A stretch of 64,000 bases of DNA from Podarcis erhardii. Lineage: Eukaryota. A program made the translations under genes and the position numbers. The stretch is taken from the NCBI GenBank assembly GCA_964252035.1, contig OZ176205.1. The stretch is one strand, 5' to 3'. The notes under the pieces are model-generated. The model saw only the letters and a program-made list of their open reading frames with translations, did not search any database and was not told where the DNA came from. This document shows positions 12,714-23,787 of this stretch, one piece after another (the first letter of the stretch is position 1; each line of letters begins with the position of its first letter).

Positions 12714-13640
12714 TTATGCATGTTGTCCTTTTCGCATTTCTCCCATCTCTTTAATCTCAACCTTCTCATACTTGCCCGTCTTCCGCCTCCTGGTAACCAC
12801 GAGCACAGTTATCCCAATAACAATGGCCAGGACTACCACCACCACCACTGCAATGATGCCCGCTGTCAGGCGCTGCATAGAGAACTCTGGTGGTTTGTCA
12901 TCAACGTAGTATACTAGGATTTCTTCAATATCTAGAGGTTCGTCATTGACATAGAGACCAAACATATTATCGGGTGGGAAAATGGGTTTACCCTGGATGT
13001 CTTTTTCAAAGTAGTAAGCTACATCTGCAATGTCTACATCTCTGTAAGACTTGTCCGAAATGTTCTGCTTTAGGTCGATATGGATTAATGGCTCCTTGTA
13101 CTCAACAGCTGTGATGAACTTCGGATGGAGCATATAGCGGTTTTCAATGAGCTGTCGGAAGCTGTTTGCCACTTCTGATTCAGACAAGGGAGTTTTTCGC
13201 TCTTTGTGCTTCATCTCAATGTAGATCCAGCTTGTTCTGACCAGCTCGTTGCACCTCATGTTGAGATCCCCCTTGTCCGTCCTCCTTACCCCAGCGCTGT
13301 TCACACACCAACAAGTATCTGTCTGATTGCACTGCCTGGCTTTGAAGAAGCCCACGGTATCACATTCTGGGTTATAAAGTCCATCGTTGTCCACAAACCC
13401 ATGTTCGGGCCTGGGAAAACTTCTGCCTCTTTTGGTTTTTATTTCCGCCTTCAGCAGCAGACATTTTGGAGTCAGCGTTGAACAGTCCAGCCTCTGGTTC
13501 GAACCGCGTGCCGTACAGATGCAGCTGCCAGATTCCGAACTGCAAGACGCCAGGTTATTCGTTGGGCAAAAGCAGTCGTTCTGGGCAGCCGACGTGGCCA
13601 CAAGCATCAACACCAGGGCAGCCCCCAAAGCAGACTCCAT
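12714..13640 (-). CDS. TACSTD2: Tumor-associated calcium signal transducer 2 (TROP2), intronless, 308 aa
   Basis: ATG at 13640 (MESALGAALV signal peptide; the longer ORF call begins at a TTG). Cys-rich N-domain, thyroglobulin type-1 domain (QCN..TCWCV), TM GIIAVVVVVVLAIVIGITVLVV, tail KYEKVEIKEMGEMRK. Single exon and position next to MYSM1 favour TACSTD2 over EPCAM. Confidence 0.95.
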   Translation of the reverse strand: MESALGAALVLMLVATSAAQNDCFCPTNNLASCSSESGSCICTARGSNQRLDCSTLTPKCLLLKAEIKTKRGRSFPRPEHGFVDNDGLYNPECDTVGFFKARQCNQTDTCWCVNSAGVRRTDKGDLNMRCNELVRTSWIYIEMKHKERKTPLSESEVANSFRQLIENRYMLHPKFITAVEYKEPLIHIDLKQNISDKSYRDVDIADVAYYFEKDIQGKPIFPPDNMFGLYVNDEPLDIEEILVYYVDDKPPEFSMQRLTAGIIAVVVVVVLAIVIGITVLVVTRRRKTGKYEKVEIKEMGEMRKGQHA

Positions 13641-15871
13641 GGAGGATGAGCAAAAGAGGTCTTTAGGGAGAGACAGGGCAACACAGCAGCCTGAAGACAA
13701 GACACATCCACAACAAGAGCCTCCCGGTTTCTGAGTGATAGGGCGGGACAGCTGCCTCTCTTTCTACCATCGGACCTGCCCAACCAGTCTGGCTGGTGAC
13801 GCTCAAACAAAGCAGGTGTGTGGTGACACAGAAAACCCACAGACCAAGGGAGCTGCGCCTTCTTCAGTAGGGAGTGGCAGCAACTCTCTGCCTTCTCATA
13901 CTTCCCTACCCTCAGCCTCGCCTCCTGGTAATCACAAGTGAGGTAATTCCAGAAATAATGGCCAAGACTTCCACCACCACCACCTGCTTTTCTTTCCTCC
14001 CACTGAAGGAGGAAGCACATCATGCCAGAAACACAGAAACCAATACTACATTAAGCTCTTACAAATAGAAACGTGCCTACCCCATGGGCCAAACTATGCA
14101 TAAGTGCTGGGTTAGAGGCTACTGTCATGCCAAGCCCAGTCAGCCTCCGTTTGGTTCAGCCCAGGAGGCCTACTAAACAGGGAAGACAAACACTAGCTCC
14201 AGTGGTCAGTACTCATAGTAGACAGGAGGTAAAGTGGAAGGGATCACAGCCTCCAGAACCCCCCCTTTTCTGTTCTTTTCTTTTCTCTGTCTTTTTTTTT
14301 TTTTAAAAAAAGAATCCTTATTATGTGTCAAGTGATTCAAGATGTAATGCTGAGCCATTTCCATGGATAATCCACCAGACTATGGTAAGAAAGTCAGAGG
14401 GGGTGAGCAGACACTAGGACAGTTCTGGAAGCAGTGTTATACTTAAAATTTTTTGAATGCCCAAAGCAGCCAATCCCAACCTGGTCCTCTGTAGATTTTG
14501 TTGGGATGACAATTCCCATCACCAGCCACAGTAACTGCCTTCCTCTAATGTGGGTTTCACTGCCTTCTATCACTTTTTAAAAGTGTATACCTAATAAAAT
14601 TCAACCGTACAGTACACCAAAAGTGTGGATTGGGGTAGCTGTGATTGGCCATAGCTCCCTATTTAAGTGTGCCCTGTGTCAAATTGGGCTTTCCCTCTGA
14701 GTAATGTGTGAAGTGGCCCTCATTTCACAATCAACTCTTAAGAAATGTTGTTCTCCATACCATGTATCCCTGTTGCCTTGACCCTCATGAAGAGGCCCTG
14801 TCCAGTCCTGAAATTACATCAGGGGATTAAGATTGAAAACAACAACACAAATAACCCTATGATATCAGTGAGGGGCATTCAGCCTTTGTTGACCAGGGTG
14901 CTCTCCAAGTGTTTTGGTCTACAACTCCCATCATCTCTGGGCAGCATGGCTGTACTCACTGGGGCTAATGGGAGTTGTAGTTTCAACGCCTGGAGGGCAC
15001 CATATTGGCACAGGCTGTTTTAACACAATAACACCATTACAGTTTCTTCTTCTATTAGGTTTCAGGATTCTTTACCATTGTCCTCTGCTATGACCATCCA
15101 AACCTGCCCTCTGTACACAGAAAACACATTACTCCAGGGGTCCATAGGTCCATTATTGTGTCAAACCACGAGGGCATACGGCTTAAGCTAGTCTTTCCTG
15201 TAGGGTTCTTGTTATCCAATACGATCTTCAAAATTGGTGTTATTGCACATCCTTGATGGGTTGGCTATTTATCTCATTTTAAAACAAAACATGTTTCTGC
15301 TCCTTGTGGATGGTCACTACATAACCTGCTCCTTTTGAAATGTTCCAAGCTTAGACAATAAAAGACACAGCAACTTTCACTTGAGCTTTGCAAAGTTAAA
15401 AATACAATGATTAATATCATCAGGGAAGTTTCAGGAGGCATTTTGCAATCAAAACTCTGAGTAATTACTTCATAGGTGGCATTCTAGCAGACAGAGAGGC
15501 TAAGATCCAAGCAGCAGGCATGTCTGGTTAAATAGTCATCCTCCCCCCAAAGGAACCATGGAGACAGCAGCTTGGGTGGGGGCTACAGATCTCAAAGTGG
15601 TCAAAAAACACAATGAAAACTGCCACCCTTTGACTGCTGGGATCTCAGATGTGGGGCATGATTCAAAGAGCTGCATATGGACCTCCAGACATGCACTTTG
15701 GTTTAAAGCAGTTCCCTCCCATTCAGTTCTTCAGGGTCCTCCAAACTGCTCCACACAAAGTTGGAGAAGCTCCTGCCTTTGGATTGGTCCCTACTGAACT
15801 TCCAATAGGGCTGGCCAGTCAAAGTTCCCACTTGCTCATATGTTAGGGATCAGCTGACAGGCACTTATCTT

Positions 15872-15890
15872 CCTTGCCCCCTGCGGGCCA
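15872..15890 (-). promoter_or_regulatory. Candidate CTCF site
   Basis: Minus strand TGGCCCGCAGGGGGCAAGG versus consensus TGGCCACCAGGGGGCGCTA; motif match only. Confidence 0.35.
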
Positions 15891-16812
15891 AATGTGACAT
15901 GGCGAGATGACAAGGTGATAACTATAGGCTGCATACACACTAACCCGTTTATGGCGGAAAATTGCAGGTTTTTCTCAATCCAGAATTATTCACACTTATC
16001 CTCAACATGCTGTTTTCCACTTAGTTTAAGTCCAAATTATTCTAGATCTTACCTCCCACAAGGATGGGCATGGTTACTTGATAACCACCTCAAACCCTCC
16101 CCTTGGTTGGGTTATTCATGCCTTTTCCTCCATGCACATGCCCCAGATGACCGAAGAAGGAAGTGGTGATTGGCATCCTGGCATACGCCCACCCACAATG
16201 TCATTGGGCAGGTGTAGACGTGGGCGCACACACCCCATTGCCAGGACTGCTGATGTCTGTTTTCACCTCTTTTCAAATGGACAAACTGCAAAGCCAACCT
16301 GGAATGAGCTTTTATTTTTATTTTTTTGAAAGAAACCAGTTTCTTAGGAAGCCCCTTTCTGGGAGGCAGAAATATGCAGTAGATCTAGGCCGTGCGTGGA
16401 CTGCATATGGAAAAAAGTACTCAGGCTCCATTGATTCTAGAATAAAATAATGTATGTACACTGAATTAAACAAACACATGCACTCTTTAAGGCTGCAATG
16501 CCACTTATTTGGGAATGAACCCCCACTGAACTCAATGGGATTCTGATTTCTAAGGGGTTTTTGCACTGTAAGAAAACCTGTCTTCCGCTTACCACTGTCA
16601 CAGGTCACCCAAGACCAAGTTTACACAACCTCTGCAGAGGTGGTGGATGTGTGCTAAAGGTTGCTCTAACATGCTTTCTGTTGTGCACTGAGAAATCACT
16701 AACAAAAGACTCTGCTCTTTCTTTTTTAAAGGCTCGGGGTAAATTACATATCCAGTTAATTCATAGAACTGACTCTGGCATATATTGGTTTGGGACGAAA
16801 TATATCCAAAAC

Positions 16813-17097
16813 AGAATTTTAGATGCAGAATTGCAGCTAAAACTGTTTGATGATTTAAGGTGAAATTGAGAATGACAATGAGTTTAAATTTAATTGGCAA
16901 AAAGGGTTGTTGAAAAACTGTAAAATAAGGATGCAAAAAGGGTGAGGTATAGGGAAGTCCGAGAAACGAGGCGTATGAAAATGAGGTTAAGAAATGATAT
17001 TTTTTGTGTGTGTTCGTATTTGTTGATGTTTGTGTGTTGTTGTTGTTTAGTGTTAAAAATTGGAAAATTAATAAAAAATTATTTAAAAAAAAAAAAA
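16813..17097 (+). mobile_element. 5'-truncated L1-type LINE 3' end with poly(A)
   Basis: G/T-rich 3' UTR, AATAAA, poly(A) run; perfect 16-bp TSD GAAATATATCCAAAAC at 16797-16812 and 17098-17113. Confidence 0.8.
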
Positions 17098-20000
17098 GAA
17101 ATATATCCAAAACCAGCTCTTGAATATCCTTCCATTTATCTTCCCCAACTGTGTGCTCTCCAGAAATTTGGACCACAATTCTCATCAACCCCAGTGAATA
17201 TACCCTCCAAAATGTACGGAGGGCACCACCTGCCCTACTCATAGTTGCTGGAGCCACGGGAATCTTTCCACAGGAGACGACTCTTTCTATGATCCGTCTG
17301 GGTGTGTTTTTACATCACAGATACCAACATTCTCTGGAGAGTAGGTAGAAAATAGGGGTGGGGCCAGGAAATGCTAGGGGAATACCAGGCAAGGTTATTA
17401 GCGTTCTTCTGCTGATGAAAGGTGTCTAGGGAGTGACAGTAAAAAAAAGAGGAGTAACCGGAAACAGCAGCCAAAAAGCTGAGAAGCAGGACAACAGCAT
17501 CATTTCATACTTCATCAGAGATTTATTGCCATCAAAATGAGCCCCTGGACACAGGCCTGGTATACTCACATAGCAGGATAAAGTGACAAACTGCTAAGGT
17601 GGCAAAACTGACTGCACCACTGCAAGCAAAAGGTCCTCTGTCTTCTTTAAAATAAAATAAAAAAGCCCTGCCTGCAAACAGAAACCTAGCACGTCATGGA
17701 GGAAAATCGACCACAGTACTGGTTTTCTATTTTGCACGGCACCCCCATCCACCAAGCATATATCCCACCAGATATATAGGAGGAATATGAGAAGGTACTT
17801 GTCTATTCTGCCACTTTGGCACTATAGCATGGTAATTAAATGACTGACTGCCATGAGGAAGTCCCCGGTTTGAGGAAGTCAATAGGTGGCCTTTAGCAGG
17901 CCACTCACTCAGTCATCAGCAGTTCCCTCACCTGTAGTATGGGGAAATAATTATGACGACTTACTTTCCAAGTTTGTTTCACCGATTGCAGGTTCATAAT
18001 GCTTATGAAGTACCTTGAAAGCATTATGCAAATGTTGAGTATTATTATTTCTGAAGTACATGTTGAGGCAAATAAGCCAAAGTCTAGAATATACCAACAG
18101 TGCATCGCCAGCAGAAGAAAACAGATGGAAAGGGGTGGAGAGATCAGTCTTATTTCTTCCACAAATTTACCATGCAAAACACCAAGTGCTCTCAATGTCC
18201 AGGGCCTGTTAACATCTACTCCGGGGAGTTTTAGACCCTTCAGAAGCCCGCTGTGATCTGTTTATAAGGTACTCAGGGTAAAGTTACTCGCCTTCATAGC
18301 AATCCTGATGCCACATTTACATCTTCAGTGAGATGTCCAGTGCAAGGTCTGCAGAACCATCGTGGGACCAGTTTCAGCTGCTGGGGTCAGATGACATGAT
18401 GACGGAGCAAACAATGTGTTTCCTTGATTCTTGCCCCTCTTAGTTTATCAAATCTTCCCAAGGGGGGTGGCCAGAGGGATCTAGGGGGTGGTCAATGCAA
18501 CTTTGCAGGAGATAGTAGCCCTGGTCATCTTGAAACCCAGGTACTCCTGAAAAAGCACTGCCTGGACCTCTCAGTTTCTGACAAGAACTACCTGATCTTA
18601 AATACCGACACTGGAGGAAAGCTGATTGAGAGGGCTATGGTGCAACAATGGCAAATGATGTTTCATCTAAGAGTAGATTGGCCTACTCCAATTTGGGTTT
18701 AGGCCTGATTGTGGAACTGAATCAGCCCTGCCCAGATGGTTGGCCTTTATTGGAAGAAAGTGAGGGTGAGTGTCGCACTGTTATTCTTACTCACTATCTT
18801 AGTGATATTTGATGCCATTGCTCCTGGTATCCTTATGAGCCAGCTAAGGGCTACTCCACACTTCTACTTGTCCTGTTCCTAGAAAGCACAGGTCCAAGCG
18901 GTTTTCTGTTTGACTTGCACTTTCTAGGCACAAATCCGAGTGGTTTTGTCTTTGCCCCACCACTTCCCCCTGGGAACAAACAGCAATCCACAGAAAACCT
19001 GATTGCTGTTTATTCCGATTCTGCGCTAAAGATCGGGTTCCCCCAGGCAAAAGCAATGGGGCAAACAGAGGTGTGGATAAGCCCTAGTGAGATGAGTATA
19101 GGAGGCAGTTTTACAGTGGTTCTGATCCTATCACCAGGATCAGAGAATAGCATTGGCTGTCTGTCTTTTGGCACCATCTTTACAGCGCCTGCTGGAGATC
19201 TTCTTTCAGCAAGCCTTTAAGTGAAAATATGTATGCCAGCTTGCATCTGCATTCAAACTATTTTTAAGCACTTTATATATGAAATTAAATGTTTGGGTTG
19301 CTAGTCCCACTCAGAGTAGGCCTATTGAAATTCATGAATCTAAGGCAGCCACGTTCATTAAATTCAATGAGTCTCCAAAGACCAGCACTGGAAACAAACC
19401 TTCCTTCCTTTTTATATGTGGAACTGTTTTTAATAGCTTTTACACTTTTCTTGTGGTTTGTCACTGTTTTGTTTTATAAGGGTGTATTTTATTGTTGTAA
19501 CCCTTCCTGGGCTTTTGTGGTACAGAGTGGATAAGAATTCATATAAATAAGTAAGGTATTTGCAACAATATCACGCTGTTCTTTCTATGGGGTTTCCCCA
19601 GGGTGTGCTCTTAACTGAATCCACACATGGTAAGGCTCACTGTAAACACTTTCCAAATTGTTTTAACCATGCAGCTTGTCAGTATGTGTGCAATTTATCT
19701 TATTCTGGCTTAACAAGTCCAGATCCATATATCTACTTTTACAAGAGTGGGTGAAGTCGAGAAGTGAATGAGATGGCTTGGTCTCCATTCTGCTTCCTTT
19801 TTACAAGTCACTCAGCAACTAGTGAGAACCATAATTAATTGGAAGATGCAATTGGCTTGGTAAATACATCTCATTCTACATGAATCCTGGATAATACTAT
19901 ACTTTGGACTCAATCCAATCCTGAACTATGATTAGGCAAGCCTAATTCGTTTTTACAAACTCCCCTTCTGTTCCCATGAAAGAATAATCCATGGAAGACA

Positions 20001-20582
20001 CTACCATTTAAGAGCCCATTATAATACAGAGGGCTTGCAGATGGGTGTTTACTGCAGGCTTGGCACATCCATACATCATCTGAATCAAAATGCCAACTCA
20101 TATTTTCTCAAATATTAAGCTTCTGTCTGGAAACAACCACAGTGGTCAAGAACATGCGGCTCAGTGGTGCAAATCTCACCTAGGACACACTAAGGGTGGA
20201 GTTTAATCAGAGCAGACACATAGAATTCAATGAACAGCATAAGTTAGGTTCCTTAATTCTAAGCAACACTTAAGTGAAAGATCACCCTAAGTATTAAAAA
20301 ACTTGACACACCTGGGTCTTGCTTTAGCCCTTAGAAAGAACTGGTAGAATTTTGCCCTACAGACAACACCATTTTATCTCCAGAAAGCTCCTTTTCAAAA
20401 TAAATTTCTGCTAAAAAACATAGAGACTTTTCTCAATTACATTATCTGATGGAGAACACATCAGGAATATTTCTAATAGCTGAATCCCATTCATCAGAAG
20501 GCTTTGCCACTGAGTTCTGTTTCCTCCCAGGTAACTGTGCACTGGCTTGCAGCCTAAATAACTCTGAAGCATTGGTCCAGCA

Positions 20583-20718
20583 CAGGCATCCCCAACCTGC
20601 AGCCCTCCAGATGTTTTGGCCTACAACTCCCATGATCCCTAGCTAACAGGAACAGTGGTCAGGGATGATGGGAATTGTAGTCCAAAACGTCTGGAGGGCC
20701 AAAGGTTGGGAATGTCTG
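20583..20718. mobile_element. Palindromic hAT MITE (family B)
   Basis: TIR caggcatccccaacct / aggttgggaatgtctg; TSD gtccagca/gtccagta; relatives near 728, 14900, 27590, 57830 and 59240. Confidence 0.75.
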
Positions 20719-21599
20719 GTCCAGTAGCTGGCTACAAACTGCTAATCACCCTTAAACTCTGTATCCTTGACTTTTCCACCTTTTTTTAATGCTATTTTGA
20801 AACCCAAGAGACTTCCTGTCCCAGACTATTGGCGTAACAAGCTATGGATGCATGCGTGAGTGGCATACCATGCCACACACTAGCATCAAGCTGCTGGAAA
20901 ACACAAGGGGAAGAACCTTCACACAGAAGGTCTCTTGGTCTTTTTGTGCTGCCATGTTAAGTGCAGGATGAAGCTGCAGTGCTGGCTTCCAGCCTGGCAG
21001 AGGAATAGAAGAACTCATCTCACTAGTCACCACCACCCCACAAACACACCTATTTAGATTTAATGCAACCAGCTACCACTCCTCATTATGCCTACTACCT
21101 AGGATTTGAGTAAATGTTACTACACATCTGATCATTTGCTTGTTGTTACTGCATTTCTGATCTAATATTCAGCTGCATGTCCAAAAAGCGACAGCCACTG
21201 AACCACTTTTCTTGCCTCCCATCTTCCTGCGTCTCACCTCCATTAGGTCAGAGGCTTATAAAATGAGTCATGACGGTTTGGATGACTTCCTGCTTATTAC
21301 ACGCCTTATCTTTTCCGGCCTCTTTATCTTTTGACACACTGATGCCAAGCTTATGTAAGCCTTTTATTACTGAGTTAAGAGACTAGTGCTGTGAATTTTG
21401 ACCAGCTTAATTACTGTGAGTGAGCAAGCCTATTACTGGGCAACTGAGTGGATGAAAAACAAAAACACCTATGTCCCCTGATAGCTGGGAATCTCTCCCC
21501 AGTCTTTGGATGGCAACCTCCTCTTGAGGGGAGGGTCAGCGAAACAGTTTGAAGCTGATTTTGCAGCCTGAATTTTAGTTAGAACGTAACAGAACTCAG

Positions 21600-22065
21600 G
21601 TGCAGCCTTGAATTTGCTGAGGTCCAAATTCTCTGGTTTGAAGATACAGCTGTGGAACGCCCTCCCATCAGATGTCAAACAGATAAACAACTACAGTGGT
21701 ACCTCGGGTTACAGACGCTTCAGGTTACAGACTCTGCTAACCCAGAAATAGTACCTCAGGTTAAGAACTTTGCTTTAGGGTGAGAAAAGAAATTGTGCGG
21801 CGGTGGCGCGGCAGCAGCGGGAGGCTCCATTAGCTAAAGTGGTACCTCAGGTTAAGAACAGTTTCAGGTTAAGAATGGACCTCTAGAACAAATTAAGTTC
21901 TTAACCTGAGGTACCACTGTATTTGATTTTTAGAAGACATCTAAAGGCAGTCCTGTTCAGGGAAGTGTTTAATGGTTGATGTTTTATTGTGTTTTTAATA
22001 TTTTGCTGGGTGACACCGAGTCAGATGGGTGGTTGTTTTGTTTTGTTTTATTATTTATTTATTAG
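21600..22065 (+). mobile_element. L2-like LINE 3' tail, split by a MITE
   Basis: 'ctgtggaacgccctcccatcagatgtcaaa...ttttagaagacatctaaaggcagtcctgtt...ttattattt' reads continuously across the MITE at 21694-21919. Confidence 0.55.
21694..21919 (+). mobile_element. Tc1/mariner-type MITE family C, copy 1
   Basis: TIR CAGTGGTACCTC...GAGGTACCACTG, TA on both flanks; copies at 43783, 60810 and 61623. Confidence 0.9.
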
Positions 22066-23047
22066 AAATCAGAGGGGTAGAATCAAGTAGCTGCAATCAC
22101 TGGTAAAATGCTAACCAGCACTTCACTGTTGTAGTTCTAGAAAGAGCATTTCTGTCCATATAAGCCTCCACATTGGGTGAAAGATTCCTGAATTGCAAGA
22201 GTTTGGACTATATGGCACCTTCCAACTATGATTCTATGTAGGTACTAGTAATTGCAAAGGCAAAAGTATTTCAATGTCTTTGGGATAACTGGGACATTAC
22301 TATAAATTAAGGAGTCACTTCTTTAAATTAGTTGTCACATAGCTCCCTCTGCTGGCTTCATCCAGGTTTCAACCACAGCTAATTTCAGCCGTTGTAATAT
22401 TTACACAAAATTTTATTTTTTTCCCTGGAAAAAGGAAATTAGTAGGGAAATAAAAATAGCCTGAACTTGCTCACTGGTGCCAGAATGTATGGTTCTAAGA
22501 AGTGATAATTCTCATCTTCAGATGTTGTAAAATAAAGATGCCATACGGTTTATTTTGCTTTGCAAAATAAAGCCCTCGCAAAGAGATACTGCAAACAGCC
22601 TGCTTATAATTGTTTATGAACTGATTCTTTTCCTGTGTCAGAGAGGGCTAAATGCTGTAATGACGGAGTATTTACTAGGGGCGTGCAAACAATTCAGGTA
22701 ACTCCCAAATGAAGAACCAAAGTGGGGCTGCTTCAGGAAGATTCTGGGCTTGTCTGAGCCAAAGGGGCATCTCTTCAATGTATCCTGAACGGAGGACTGA
22801 TGAAACACTTCAGAGATTGAGATGTTAAACTATGGCATTGTGTCTCCAGAAATTGAAGCATTTTCCCCAAGGATAACACCAGGATGTGGAGAGCTCTTTT
22901 GTGACAGACACGCCTAACTTGAAAGCAGAGGGAATTATTATACCAAGGCTCTCCAATCACAGTGCTTTGGTGAAGGGATGTCAAATTTATCTCCTTGCTC
23001 CTTTCTGTCCTGTGCTCATGGGGCACTTTTTTGATGTGTGCTGTTTC

Positions 23048-23787
23048 CACAGAATCATAGAGTTGGAAGAGACCACAAGGGCCATCGAGTCCAACCCCCT
23101 GCCAAGCAGGAAACACCATCAGAGCACTCCTGACATATGGTTGTCAAGCCTCTGCTTAAAGACCTCCAAAGGAGACTCCACCACACTCCTTGGCAGCAAA
23201 TTCCACTGTCGAACAGCTCTTACTGTCAGGAAGTTCTTCCTAATGTTTAGGTGGAATCTTCTTTCTTGTAGTTTGGAACCATTGCTCTGTGTCCGCTTCT
23301 CTGGAGCAGCAGAAAACAACCTTTCTCCCTCCTCTATGTGACATCCTTTTATATATTTGAACATGGCTATCATATCACCCCTTAACCTCCTCTTCTCCAA
23401 GCTAAACATGCCCAGCTCCCTTAGCCATTCCTCATAAGGCATCGTTTCCAGGCCTTTGACCATTTTGGTTGCCCTCCTCTGGACATGTTCCAGTTTGTCA
23501 GTGTCCTTCTTGAACTGTGGTGCCCAGAACTGGACACAAGTACTCCAGGTGAGGTCTGACCAGAGCAGAATACAGTGGCACTGTTACTTCCCTTGATCTA
23601 GATGCTATATTCCTATTGATGCAGCCCAGAATTGCATTGGCTTTTTTAGCAGCCGCGTCACACTGTTTGCTCATGTCAAGTTTGTGGTCAACCAAGACTC
23701 CTAGATCCTTTTCACATGTACTGCTCTCAAGCCAGGTGTCACCCATCTTGTATTTGTGCCTCTCATTTTTTTTGCCCAAGTGCAATA
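23048..23787 (-). mobile_element. 5'-truncated CR1 LINE (ORF2 C-terminal part and 3' UTR)
   Basis: ORFs with [31 protein letters not shown] and [31 protein letters not shown]; frameshift near 23538; CR1-type terminus TCTATGATTCTGTG. Confidence 0.92.

Noticed and set aside
13641-13700. 20-aa N-terminal extension of TACSTD2 in the ORF track
   Set aside because: It begins at a TTG; the ATG at 13640 directly precedes a normal signal peptide
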